Shown one piece after another: positions 23,148 through 37,100 of a DNA stretch of 64,000 nucleotides. The notes under the pieces are model-generated. The model searched no databases, was not told the DNA's origin, and was given only the letters and a program-made list of their open reading frames with translations. A program made the position numbers and the translations under genes. Position 1 is the first letter of the stretch. Every line of letters begins with the position of its first letter. This DNA comes from Dudresnaya verticillata (lineage: Eukaryota): the NCBI GenBank assembly GCA_977862235.1, contig OZ374557.1, forward strand, positions 434,001-498,000, in the 5' to 3' direction.

Positions 23148-25495
23148 CTAATAATAATACTTAGTGGTAACGGGAACGTTTCTCAACCGACCCCTCGAAG
23201 TCACCCGAACGTGAAGACGCACGGCGACGGGGTTGGAAAGGAGACGCCCGACGAGTCTCCCTGGCGTAGTAACTCTAGGAGTCGCCTCGCGCAGCGCCGC
23301 TCGACTCACTGCCTCCACGGGAGAAGCCACATTGGTAGTGACCCCGGTAGGAAGGGGCTGCGTTACCTGATAGGTAGAAGAGCCATCTGGAGTCTCCTAG
23401 GGCTGCTCCCTCATGACCACGTTGGTAATGTCCTCCGAGGCAGTGGGTAGCTGCTCAGCTCCCTGAGTCGGCCCCGGCGATGCCAGATCCAAAGGGTCAC
23501 CGGGTTGGTAGTTCGCCACTTGGGTAAGTGAGCCGGCCGCACCACGGCTAGAGTCCTCGGCTGAAGATCACTCTTGCGCAATACCTCTCGGGTGAACTTG
23601 TTGCAGGAAGTAACGAAACTCGTGGCGTTCTGCGGCATCTCAGCCGCCATACTTGCAAGAGGCACCCTGAGGGTTGCTACTTCGGTTCCCAAACGGTCCA
23701 TCGTAGCCATGTGGGTACCCAGCTGGTTCACTTGGAAGTTCCCCATCTGGGCCACTTACCGGAGTACCCAAGTTAGGAGTGCCTCCTTCGACACCCACTC
23801 CCGAGCGGCGTCCAGAGAATCCTCTAAGGTAGCCGGTACCGGTATTTTCGCAGCGCGACACGCCTCTTGAAGTCTCCCAACCCGAAGGTGAACCGAGGCA
23901 GGTAGAGTCGTCCCCGATGGGGCCACTGCTGTACCAGAAGGACCACTTGGTGAAACCAATGGGTTATCTCGACGAGTCACTGCCTCAGGAGTTACCATCG
24001 GGGGTATGCCAGTGGAGGTTGCCCGCGTGGGTGTCGCCAGACGCGCCTCACGCATTTGCGTTACTGTCTCCGGTGCCGCCTGTGCGTTCGGTGTCCCTGT
24101 ACGCGCCCCAATGCCCCGGCGCGCGGTCCTCGCTCGATTCGCATGCCCTAACGCCGCACGCGTCCTGTCGGGGTAACCAATATAGGTTGGCGCCTCCTCT
24201 TCTTGGACCACTTGGTTTCTATCAGAGTTCGGCTCCATGTTGCCCCAGCCACGACCCATACCCTCTACCTCCTGAAAGGAGTGAAACGGCGGACCAGGAC
24301 GGTTATCGAAGGTGTGTCGCCTACCAAATCGGTCAACCGCTTCAGAAACCTCCGGATCATACGCGACCCAAACCTCGCCGGCAGCCCACTTGAAGGCCTC
24401 CGATGCGGTTGGAAGTCCCGCCAAGTCGTCACCCGCAAAGGTACTACCTCCACAAATGAGGTCAACCCCAAGAGTGCGGATTGACTCAATGAGTGTCTTG
24501 GATAAGCGGAAGAGGCAACCATCAGGCAGACCATCTTGGGCATGGTAACCAGCTTCTGTATAGGGCGTTGAGTCCCATATACCAAAATAGGTTGCCTGAA
24601 GAAAGACCAGCACTACGTGGAGTACCTGCTCGGTTTTGGCGATTGAACACACTGGATAATACCACTTCGGCGCGGAATCACGCGCATGGGCTCCAAAGTA
24701 TGCCAGCACGCCCGGGGTTAACGACGGCAAGGAGCGCGGACCTTCGATGGCGTGCCACCAGCTGGGTTTCTTCGCGTAGTGATCCCGACGCCGACCCATG
24801 GGGATACTCCACATTTCGACATTGTGAAACTCCGCTAGGAGATCATCAGTACGGTTGCGAATGCGCGTCTCCGTCCAAATATCCACCGCCCACCGCTCGG
24901 TTAACCACCACAGGTCGGGAAAAGGCTTCGCCTCCAAGAGTGACTCCGGAAGTAACTTGATCTCGTTCACCCATTGGTTTCCCTCAAGGAAGCGGTAGAG
25001 CTAGGGGACGTAGTCTTCCTCGAACCCAACGCGCAACCACTTGAGGTCACTACCATAGTGACGCGGAATTAGAACGCTCGGCGGGCAGTAACGCAAACGC
25101 GCAACCCACTGGTTCTCACGCCTACCTTAGGGGATCGCCCGGAAGCGGTATGTGTCTGGATTGGCGTCCAAGAGGTAACCTTGGAGTGGAAACTGCTCTA
25201 GCACATCCTGATTGGAAAACGCCGACAACCCACCGTGGCCGCCCATGGGAGAAGACTGTGCCATCGCGGCGTAGTAACCTCCGCGGCGTACGCAAGGCGT
25301 GACTGGAAAGACAACGTCAGGGTTGAAGAGACGACGACGGCGGGGTGGCGAGTGGCGTGGTGTTGGTTGCGATTGACGTGGGACCATGTTTGAAAAACCT
25401 TTGAGGTGGTGATGCAGCGGAAGAGAAGTACTGCGGCGCGCGGGATTGATTGCGGGCCGACGACGGTCATGGGCGTTGAGCCGCCTGGATACCAA
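23148..25495 (-). pseudogene. Antisense accessory ORF of B (about 780 codons), unknown function
   Basis: 25495-25127, 24970-23756 and 23755-23411 share one frame (stops at 25127, 25001, 23756); frameshifted tail to ~23148. Begins about 80 nt from the 3' LTR. Confidence 0.8.
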
Positions 25496-25572
25496 ACGGT
25501 TATGATTTCGAGCGAAACACGTGCAGACTGCCCTGGCGTCCCGAGGACGGGCCCCAATCTCGCGGGGAGCTC

Positions 25573-26091
25573 TGTAGTACAGTGAAGGGCTTACAGAAGT
25601 GGGCCCTCTGCCCTCGTGTATGCGCTGAAATAGCGTTACCTATAGGGCGCCAACAGGGACAAGACGGGTAGTCTATGATTGGTCCAAGTCTCACCCGGTA
25701 GGTCAGTAGCTTAGTATCTGTCTATTTGTTTTAGAAATTATAGCTTAGGATAGGGGGCGTGTATATTGCCCAGTATGAGGGGTGCTGCCTGACAGTCGGA
25801 GTACCATATAAGGATATCTCCCGTAGCGGTCCCTTTACAGTAAAGGTAAGCGCCTTCCGGCCCCAACTATGTCTCCAAGCTATCGGCACCGCAGCACACC
25901 TGTCACCCGTGCCCGGTTAACCGCCGGCCCAGTGAACTACCTTCAGTATCGTGCTTCCAATCAATTTACGTGCCCTCGTCTACCCTCTGGGTTCCTCCCG
26001 CTCTACCACCGCTACCAGATACCCGCTCTGTGGCTTTCTCATTGAGTGTACTCTTTGAGTTCACAAGAGACCTAAAAGGTACTTCCTTACG
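25573..26091 (+). repeat. 3' LTR of B (terminal CA mutated to CG)
   Basis: Matches the 5' LTR; preceded by short purine run GGGGAG and followed by TSD CCCGC. Confidence 0.97.
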
Positions 26092-27942
26092 CCCGCGCCC
26101 ACAGGTAGCCGTTACCGGACGTGTCGACACGTGTATGGGCGTGCGCACGCGGAACTTCCGTGTTGGTGCCTCAGCGGCGTACTCACCTTAGAGTAGCCAT
26201 AGGCGCGTACTATTGTACAGTATTTAAGGCCGTCTGCCATCGATGGCTCAGTAAACCGGGCAAGCAACGGCTGGCGCTGATGCTTGACCCCAGTCTTGAT
26301 CGTTCGATCCCTTTCCTCTACGCCAGCGGGCGGTTCTACTTTTTCCCTTGCCTCCCTAGGCTTACCTCTTCCTTTTCCTTTCCGCCGGCGTCGTGGCGCC
26401 CTTTGACAGGGACGCTGGGATCCGGCCGCTGCCTACCCGCGTACGGTACGCCCCATGCGCGCTCCGGCATTGACGCCATTGATCCGCACCTGCGAAGCGC
26501 ACGCGGCCGACACCGCTCTACCACATTCAGGTACCCATCGACGGGTCTGGATGACGGCTTCGGATCAGCGAGTACCAGACGTCGGATCGACCCGACGTCT
26601 ATACTACAGGTACTTCCACCCCATATTAGCGCGTTGTAGAATATCTCAAAAACGATTGCAGATTTTATTAAACGGGCTTCGGAGCCGTTCCCCGCCCGCC
26701 AAGCAACGTTTACAACACTCATTTAAATGCACTCTACTGTCCCCACTGTCCAGAATCTCCACTTTTGGGGGGTGCCTTATACTTTCTTGCAGCACTGTAC
26801 CACCGGTACTTAAGCTAAAAACAGCCGAACAACGCCGCATGGCTGCCCTATGACACATTGGATACTTTCCCATCCACTATCGGTACCTTCGCAACATAGG
26901 CCTCCAAAGATTCCTGGACGCACTGCAGGGGCTGAAACAAACACGCCTCTAAGAAGCCAGAAAAAGACAGATAGCCCTAGCAATACATACAATTCGAACT
27001 ATCCCAGACCCAAACAACATACAGCCATGCACCACGAAACGACAGTGACCAGCGTGCAGACCAACAGTTCAATACCCGGCGGAAACGTCATGTACGCCCC
27101 CCGTAACTAGAGGTTGGCAGCTCACCAGCCCAGGAGGATTTAGCCGACCCAAAGATAATAGTGAACGATTTCGCCAGGTGGGCTTCTTATGCTACTGCAT
27201 GAAAGAAATACCTTTTCTACTCAATGCATCGATGCCCTCGGTCGCTGGCGTGAAGGCCGAGCGACGGCTGATAAATTCTTCATTGTCTGAGCGACCCGAG
27301 GCAGGGACCCGAGGCAGAGTCGCTCAGAGACCCCAAACAAAGGGATAAAGTCCGCCTTGCTGCCATCCTAAAAAACAATTACAACTGGATGGTGCGATGG
27401 CAGGAGGCGCAGATCGGCGCAGCCATTCTGGCAGGAAATCCCAAATGTTGCCAGAAATAGAAACAAAACAGATAAATAGCGGCAAACAGCGCCACTCCCG
27501 GTGCGCTCGAACCCTACCCTCGAGCGCCACCGGAAGCAAATCGGTACTGGCGACCCCGCTAGGGGCACATACGTCAGCCCAGCCCAGTCCGGAAGCACCG
27601 GCTGGAGTACGAGTACGTATGATGAAGAGTTTGCTAGGCTTTACTTCGCCCAGGGACATCCGCGGTGAGAACGCGCAAAACGCTAGAAGTATAGCAAACG
27701 CTACTAAAGACAAAACGAACACGTACTAAAGACACGGGAAGTAGCGAGCTACTGAGCTCTCCTATCAGTTTGGCCGAGCGTCCCAGAGCGGAGCGGTGGC
27801 GAGCTAGAGAAGATGAGCTCGCTGTGCCGCTCCACGCACCGCCGACCCTCGGCATGTCTATTTCTCTTTCTGAAAGAGAACTACCCCCCTCGCTGGGCGG
27901 AGACGACTTCTAAGCAGCACAATCAGCGTGCTTTAGAGCGAC

Positions 27943-30829
27943 ATGTCCGCAGCAGAACAAACCGACGAAGCCCCGGCGCCGGGGCCGCCCGCGCCCCTTC
28001 CTGCCCCGGTCGCGCCAGCCGCTACCCTACGTGCGGCATGGTCGACCGGGAAGCCGGAGCGCCGCGACTTCGGGGCGGTAGTGACGGAACGCAATGCGCT
28101 CAAGCTGGTGGGGGAAGGCAGCGTCTTCGAGCGGGGCAGCCATGTTCCAGTAACGCACATAGGCTACTTCAAACCCCCCCGCTGACGCGTTCCTCTCCGA
28201 CCTTCGCTCCAAGGACCGACGGTCCGAGAAGGAGTGGGAATATATCAACGCCGTCGGGGTCTGGACCGAACTGGGCCTGGCGGCGCTAGAAGTGGCAAAA
28301 GGAACGAATGGGACTGTAGAGGAGATGGGTAGGCGGCTCTTACTGGCTGAAAATCCTTCAAGGCCGCGTTGGAGGTACTGTCTATGCGGGAGCAGTACGT
28401 TCGGGACATGACGGAGCAGGGAGTGGAGACCACACGACAGATGTCCTTTCTCGTTGAACAAGGACACGACGCCGTGTTTAGTGATTCATACCGCTCTGCT
28501 CGAGTGGCTCTTACCTCGAAACTCGAGATCGAGGCCGCAAAGCAGCTCTCCAAGGCGCGCCTGGAGCAGGCCAGCCGAAACTCATCGGGTGGACCCTCGG
28601 GGTCCGCCGATCAGTGATGGCATGACAAGGAGCAAGGACCACAGGGACGTTTGGGGGACAACCACTGTGGAGAGGGACGTCCTTGAAGGCCGAAGTGTGG
28701 GGGTCGGTTCTCGGGGCGTCGGAATACCTGGTACGGGCTATCAGGTACGGGATAAGGGACCTGCCCTCCGAGCCCTTTACGGGCGGTACCGTCCTTGGGC
28801 GAATCCGCCAGTCAGCGGAGGACAGGATGTTTGGTGTTGGGGACCTGGAAAAAGGATGTAGGGAAGGGATCTACGAGGAGGTGAAAGAGGAGGAGGTGAA
28901 GCATCTGGTAGGGGAAGGAAAGATGGTGTCGTCGGCTTTCGTGGTGTGGCAAGGGGAAGGGGAGGAGAGGAACGGTCGGTTCGTTATAAAATTCCACCGC
29001 CAGAGCAAGCACTGGCCGAAGGGGCGTCTGAAGATGGAGACGCTCCCCTCCTTCCCGGTGGACATTCGGCAAGGGGATTACCTTATGTCGTGGGACATCA
29101 AGAGCGGGTACAGGCACTTTTACCTGCACCCTCAGATGAGGGACTTCTCCTATTCCGCTACGAAGGGAGGTTCTACAGGTGCATAGCCTTGTCGTTCGGG
29201 TTGGGAAATCGGTACTCTGGTTTACGAAGCTGCTTCTCCTTCTGGTACGCTATCTGCGAGAGAAGATGGGCTACCGCGTCTTGCCCTACATCGAAGATTT
29301 CTTGGCAGCTCCTGCGCCACACGGCAGAGCTTCCACAAAGGCCGATCGTCGACGCGCGCAGGGTCGCCTCGCGATACTGTTCAACTGGCTGGGCATCGTA
29401 AGACATTGCGAGAAGGGCTGTTGGGACGGCAGCCAGGGACTGGATCACCTGGGCATGCATATAGACACCGTGTCGATGTGTGTCTACGTGTCGGACAAGA
29501 AGGTCGTCCGCGTTCAGGCTTTGGCGAAGAAGATACTGATGTTGGCTCAACTGAACCGCTGTTTAGTCTCGCTGGACTTGTTGCGGCATTTATGCGGGGT
29601 TTGCGTGTCCCTCACGCTCGCGCTTCCCCCCGCTCGCTTCGACACCCGCTCACTCTACTTCGACATGAGTCTGGCAGAGCGGAAGGAGCGAGGGCCAAGT
29701 CCGCAGCGGAGGTCCGGCCAATGACCGAGGGTCAGCGAGGTCGGCAGGCTGCGTCGCAGCGCCGCAGGCGCGCCCGCACGCCCTTCGGGTACGGCTGTGC
29801 CGCCAGTCTCTACGAGACTTGCGGTAGTGGCGTTCGCTTTCTCGCGGCGAGGGCCCCAACCTAGTCAGACCTGGTCCGGACCTTACGATGCACAGCGACG
29901 CGGCGGACGTTGGATATGGCGGCACGCTCGGCAAGGACGAGGCGCAAGGCTTATCGGGTTTGTGGGAGGGTCAAGGTTTCTGGACGGCGGCCGATCGAGC
30001 GCGCTCGATTACTTTACGGGAGCTCCGCGCCGTCCGCCTCCTCCTCCACCGACACTTTGCCGACTACGTATCCGACCCGAACGTTCGCCGCCTACTTCCT
30101 CACGAAGACAATCAGGCGGTGGTCTACGTGTTGAACGCAATGGTGTCCGCGTCAAAGGAAATCATGGTGGAGCTGTGAGGTCTGGAGGTGCTACTGCGTG
30201 TGTTGGGGGTGAAGATAGACGCCCGGTGGATCCCGTCCGCGGTGAATCGCTTCGCCGACGCGGTATCGCGAACGTGGGATCCAGGCGACGCACGGGTAGC
30301 CGACCGCATACTGCAGTCGATACAGCACGAGTATCGGCTGGACGACGTCGTGTTTTGGCGTCGACCGCTGGGAGAGACGGCAGTGGCGCGGTCGAAGTAT
30401 CTCGCAACGCAGATACAGGAAGATTGCGGCGATGGAGCAGCGCGCTTGTGGAATCCCCGTTCGACATGCTCCCCTTGGTGGTGAAGAAGCTCGAGGAGGA
30501 TGGCGCACAGCGGGAGGGGTATTTTGGTCGCACCGAACTGGAGGGCGCAAGCTTGGTTCCCGCGCTTGTGCGCTCTCAGTTCGAACATGACCGTTATACG
30601 TCCCGGCGAGGCGAGCGACCTCTCGCCACACGCAACTCCGCTTCTCCATGGCGACGTGGGGAACGCTCGCTGGTCCATCGTGGTAGCAGCAGTGGGATTG
30701 CCGCCTCCTGGAAGGACGGGATCCGAGATGCTGTCCATGCACTAACCGGCCCCAGCCCAACTGGTGAGGTGCAGGAGGCAGCGGACCTCTTGGCGTGTGG
30801 TATAGACGCTATGCGCAAAACGACCCCGT
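27943..30829 (+). mobile_element. DIRS-type fragment, copy 2
   Basis: Same ORFs as 1834-4720, offset 26109. Confidence 0.85.
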
Positions 30830-31100
30830 CGTCTACGTGAAAAATAATCGAGAAATACGAATTTCGAAGTGACTCCGTGAATGCGCACGCCACGATGGCA
30901 AACGTATTACAGTGCGCATACTCTGCGTGTGCCACGATGGCATTAGCATTACAGCACGCACGCGATACGAAATCGCTGACACCTCTGGACGAATTCCGAG
31001 CGGACTTCGTGATCGCGCGCACCACGATGGCATTCGCATTACAGTGCGCACCCGATACGAAATCGCTGACACCTTCGTGACCTTCCCGTTGTTTCCTGCG

Positions 31101-34100
31101 TGTAACGGCACCTCGGCCCACGACGCGCGTGCACCTCCGTATGCATCGCTGGCGCACTTCGTAACCGCCACCATACGTGAGACGACCGTTCGTTGGCACC
31201 GAGGCCGTTACGAATCATTCGATTACGAACCGTCTCCCGCGTTGACGTGTATTCGTGCTCACGTAGTATTACTTAGCCAGTCGTCTGGCACAACCTCCGA
31301 GGGTTTCCGGTAAGCGACTAGCGCCCGGACCTCGGAGTCTTCGGTAAACGCCTGTTTCTTCGAGTTCGGTGTCTTCGTCTTCGTGACCGCGGATACCGTC
31401 GAGCCTCGCTTTCGATAGCCCCGCGTACCCGGAGTCATCCCCGGTGATCGATCGCTCGAGTTCTCCCTTCCGCACACGAATACGTTGACACCGTGGTCCT
31501 TCGTGTTGGTCGCTCCGCTCTACCACGCTACCACCCCTTTTCGTTTCTCCGTTAGGCTACGAGGCCATTCGTTAGGCTCCGAGGCCATTACTTACAGTGC
31601 GAGACTTCCGCGTCACCGTGGACTTCGTTATACCACACTGGTCTCCCGACGTAGAAGTGGTTCCGAAGTTTCGCATTTATTCGTAATTAGTTTCTATCCG
31701 AGACACAATGTCTCACGCTCCGAGTCGTCCCGATTCGCCGGTACCGAAATCCGATGACGTACCGATTCCGGAGCTCCCGTTATTTTGCTCGAACGCGAGT
31801 GACCGAGAACCGTTTTCTCGCGCTCGCGCCTCACGTATAACGGTACCCGATCTTCGCACAGACTCGCGTTCGCAGGCTCACGGTAGCCAGTCCGACCTTT
31901 CGTATACGTACACGCCATTGGAAATCGTTCCCTCGGATACCGTCGATCGACTCTTCTCGATGAAGGAAGTCTCCGGTGCAGAACTACGTTTACTCTACGA
32001 AGAAGTCATCGACACGCTTTCCACTGCGTACCGTATCACGCAGCTCTCAATTCGTAATACGCGTAATCGAGGCACGAAGAGTTCAACAATTTCCGCGCTG
32101 GCAAGGTCCGTAGGATCGAAGACTCACTCGAGAGTCTGCGGGATCTTGTCTCTGGAGTCAGCAACCGGTTTCTCGTGCTCGAGCACAACATATCCGCCCC
32201 CGTAGGCAAGGCGAGTCACTCTCTTCCCGTTAGCAGCTCGCACGCATTCTCGGAGGAACAGTTGAACGCTGTTCGTGACATCGTGTCCGCAGCGTTACCG
32301 AAGGAAAGTCTCGAAGTCGCGAAGATCTTCCCAAAGCCCGTCCTGACCCCCGCAATTCGCCGATTGTTCAACCTGTGCAAGGCCCGGGTGCCCAATCTAC
32401 GTTACCGAAAAACACGTATCCGAATCAGTCCCCGCACCCTTTATCGGATCAGGCAACCGATGCCTCCGACAACCCCCGTATCAACCCCGCAGTATTCCGA
32501 GCTTCACTTCAACCACCGATGTCCCCCGGAGGACCCGTAATCGAAAATCCGTTATCGCTCGCGGGACCCGTGTCATCGTTCTGGCTCTGGGGACCGCTCG
32601 AGCCGGGCGTCGAACCGATACCGACGCTCATTCCCGAATTCGCGCGAGCCGTAAGCTATCGATCGTATCGACTCACGAATTGGTCATCTCGGGATAATCA
32701 ACACGAAGTCTTCCGAGGTAACAAGTCGAAAACTGTTTCCCGCATGCGTTCGATGATGCCTAGACTCGAGACGTTTACGGGACGCGATAGGATTAAGGTT
32801 CTCGCATTTCTTCGTGATATTCGACAAGCGCTGAACGGAGTCGGGCTCACCGAAGGAGCAGCAGTTCGAACGATTTCGTGGTTCCTCGACGAGACCGCGC
32901 TCAAGGTGTATCAACACTATGCCTTCGGAGGCGTTCGTACTGGCAACCTGGTTTGCTGGTCCGCTATCGTGAACGTATTGCTACAACGATTTCTCACGGA
33001 AGATGTAATCGCTGACGCACAATATCGCGTGGTTACCGCGAAGCAGAAGTCCGAAGGAACAGAGATGGAATTCGCCACCCATCTCCAAGACTATGTGGAT
33101 GTCTGCTCAGGTGTCTACGATGACTCTTGGTTAACGCACCAATTTATTCGTGGACTCCTACCTACTACGTACCCTATCGTGGCCGACCAGGTTCGCTGTT
33201 TACCGTTGTCCGAGCAAAAGAATTTCATGAGCGTACAACGAATCGCGGAAGCCGAAGGCGACATTCCGAGCTCGCGAACTACGTGACACCGCGGCCCAAA
33301 AGTCGCGTGATTCGAAGAACCGAACGTCCGCTACGTACCCGAAGAGTCGCCAAGCGCCCGGACGCACGATGCTTATCGAAGCTTGCGACACTCCCGGGAG
33401 TGAATACGAGTGCAAGATGAACGAAGATCCGCAAATGGCCGTGATGATGATTCGTTCAGGAACCGGGTCCACATCCGCTACACCGACTACTTCGACAACG
33501 GTCTCCGTGGACGATAAGTTAGATCGCACAGTCGTATCGAGCGTTTTGTACCCGCACGTGTCCCCCCGATGACTACGGAGCAAATCGAGATGGCGCGTTC
33601 GATGATCCCGAGGAACCAGGATGCGTGGCCGTGTTGGTTCTGTCGCGAAATCGTTCACCTGGTGTATTCGTGTCCGTATCTCACGAAGGAGCAACAACTC
33701 TACTGCGCGTATCAGAACTATCTCTATCAACTCAAGACGAGACCGTATACGCGTAGTAACTTCGTGAATCGCGGTGCCGTAAGAGAGAATTCGTTCGCGT
33801 CCGTTGACAATCGAGGTCACCGTGGACTCCCGAGGATCGCGTGACAATCGCGTAAACCGAGACCTTCGTCAAGGCGATACGCGCTACCCGAGGGACTGAG
33901 CCCAGCGTCAAGTCAGCTTTGAGCGTCGAGGGCCGCCGACCGTCCTCTGCAATCCGAGACACGCGCAGGCCCCGGGCCGTCAACCGGTTCTTGCAGTCCG
34001 TAAAAAAGTTGACGCGATTGAGCCGAGTCACCCGATTCTGCCCTCGGAGGCTTACGAAGGCTCCGCGAATATAGGAAGAGGTGATCGATTAACCGCCCCT

Positions 34101-37100
34101 TTGGACGCGGACGCTCGTAATTCGGAATCTAATTCGAGTTCGGAAAACGAGTAAAGGCGAAGACGCCCGTTGTGTCACGTACTTCGTCTGAATCCGTTCC
34201 CCGAGACACTCCGCGTATTCCGATTCCGAGAGCCGCTGCGATGCGAAGGAAGCGCGCTGCACGACGACGAGACCGAAAGCGATGTCGAATCCTCGCGAAA
34301 GACGCTTCGTGCGAAAACAATTCGAAGAAGATACCGATCTCGAAGATCGAACCCGAAGTTACCACCGAGGGATACGTTTGCTTGATGACTTCGGAGATCT
34401 TCCTCGTGACCGGATCCATTGGCCTCGATGCCTCCGTAATGACGCCGCATACGATTGCCGTCGATACGTGTTCCGGTTACAACGTAATAGCCCGGGCTGC
34501 GTTACCCACCGGTTGGGAAGCGAACGCGTCCACGATGGAATCGGCTCCGAGGCTCGCGTCCGCTGATCGCACCCCGTTGCGACTCGATGGTATCGTTTAC
34601 CTGACAGTCCGCCTTGGGAACGTTCGATACCGCGTACCCTTCGTGGTTGTGGAGAAACTCGCAGTCGACGTTCTCCTTGGAACTTCGTGGATGGACGCGC
34701 ATTTACTAAGCATCGAGCTCAGCCCACAGAGGCTCATCGCGAAGGGTGGAAGCACGATTCCAATTATCAACCGCATTGCTGGACCGGCTCCGCCCGCTAC
34801 TAATTCGAAAATTCCGAAGCAGAAATTCGAGAAAACGCTATCGAAGCGACACCAACGTGAGCTCCACGATTGGGACCGAGATACCCGTACCATTCGTTTG
34901 AACCGCCGCGTCACCATACCGAGTTATTCGCACAAGCTAGTCACCGTGACCTCGGAAGCACTCGGACTAATTCATATCGAACCGAAGCCTTCGTTACAAC
35001 ACCGACGCGGAGTACGGTTAACAAACGGGATACACGAAGTCAGTCCGGATCGCGAGTTTTCGGTGTTGATGGCGAACTTCACGGATAAGCCTCGAGCTCT
35101 ACCAAAGGGAACCGTCATCGGATACGCAGCTCGAAACCCGCTCGCGATTCTGACACCCGATCGCGAAGTCGTGGATTCGTTTGCCAAGGTGCTCAACATC
35201 TCTACGCTACGTGAGCACGATGAATCGAAGTCACCCGAAGAATCCGTATCCACGAAGGAAAAACCGCTCACGAAGGGCGCCACGACTGCAGCAGCAGAAG
35301 CCAATTCGAGTTCCCGCGATTGGGAAGAACGCGTATACCTTTCGAACATACCCGATGAAACTATGCGGAACGAGGTCCTCGAGATGCTACGTAAGCACGA
35401 ATCAATGTGGAACGGAGACCTCGGATCGATCGCAGCCACGGAGCATCGGATCGATCTACAACCCGGGACTCGACCTATTCGTTCGATGCCCTACCGTCAA
35501 GGGCCCGCAATACTTGAAATCGTTCGTAACGAAATCGACAGTATGCTCGAAGCCGGAGTAATCGAACCAGCCATCTCGGAGTGGGCGTCCCCCGTAGTCC
35601 TCGCACCGAAGAAAGACGGAACACTTCGTTTTTGTGTAGATTACCGAAGACTCAATACGAAGACACTATCCGACGCGTACCTGCTTCCCCGGATGGAAGA
35701 TTGTATCGATTCACTCGGAGACGCTTCGATTTTCTCGACACTCGATTGTAACAGCGGTTACTGGCAGATTCCAGTTGCCCCGGAAGACGGCGACAAGACT
35801 ACGTTTACTTCGTTTCTCGGAACTTATCGTTATCTTCGTATGCACTTCGGTTTGAAAAACGCGTCCGCTACGTTTCAACGTGCACTCGATATCATTCTAT
35901 CCCGAGTCCGTTGGCAGTGTTGTCTCGTTTACCTCGATGATGTGATCGTTTTCTCCACGAATCTTCGTGAACACATCGCGCATCTCGATCAAGCCCTCAC
36001 GCTACTTCGTAACTCCGGGGTTTCGCTCAAAATGAATAAGTGCTTCCTTTTCCGCAAGCGAGTCGACTATCTCGGACACGTAATTTCCCCGGGGAAGCTG
36101 AGTATGGCCGAGAGGAGCTCCGAGGCATTCCGATACGCGAAGTTCCCGAAGACCCTCACGCAAGTCCGTTCGTTCCTCGGTGCGTGTAACGTATAACGAA
36201 GATTCTTGAAATACTTCGCGAAACTTGCGCGCCCGTTGACGAACATGACACGAAAGGACGAGGATCCTGACTACGGGAAACGCTCCATAATCGATACGGG
36301 CGCGTCTGTGTATCAACTTGGGTGCGCGTTGCTACAGGAGCAAGATGACGAAGAGTTCCAACCGGTGAGCTACTGGTCTTATTCGTTAAAAGATGCCGAG
36401 AAGAACTACTCCGCAACCGAGCGCGAATGCTACGCAGTCGTATGGGCGGTTACTTCGTTACGTCCGTATATCGAAGGAACCCGGTTCACCGTGCGTACGG
36501 ACCACGACGCGCTCCACTGGATTCGTTCTCTCACCGATTCGTCCGGGCGACTCACCCGATGGAGGCTTCGCTTAGCCGAATTCGACTTCGAAATCGTGTA
36601 TCGCCCGGTCGCGTCCACCAGATTCTCGATGCCCTCTCGAGATTGCTACTTCCGCATCGCGAACAACCCGCAATCGACGACGAAGTGCCTACGTTTGACT
36701 CGGATCAAAACGCCGCAAAGCACGAAGCACGCTTCCGAAACGACGTCGCGAAAACTATCGAAAACGCAAGAGACCCAGTTCTCATCACTACGCGATCTCT
36801 CAAACGTCAAACGAACGTTATCGCGATTCGCCACGACTCCACGAGGACGACCACGCCCGCAAAATGGGTAATTCGAGCCGGCACTACGCAAAGACCCACG
36901 GAGGCCCCAAAAAATAACGCAGCTCACCATCCGCAAAGCCACGAAGGCTGCGCCCACGCCCACGACGAAGCACTGCGTGATAAATATGCAGGAAAAAACA
37001 AGGTCTACGATGACTGCGATTTATGGGACGATATCGATGACGATGATCTGTTTGACATTTATCGAATCGATCCTAACGAAGAACCGCGTGACCTAACCGA

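Larger units (their letters stand above)
16225..26091 (+). mobile_element. Full-length degenerate Gypsy LTR retrotransposon B, copy 1
   Basis: Two LTRs, TSD CCCGC (16220-16224 and 26092-26096), PBS, gag, pol with chromodomain, antisense ORF. Confidence 0.97.
1..26108. repeat. 26.1-kb tandem repeat unit, copy 1 (phase set by window start)
   Basis: Sequence at 1 (ccgttaccggacgtgtcgac) recurs at 26109 and 52218. The ORF track repeats with offset 26108, then 26109 after a 1-bp indel near 1780. Confidence 0.99.
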
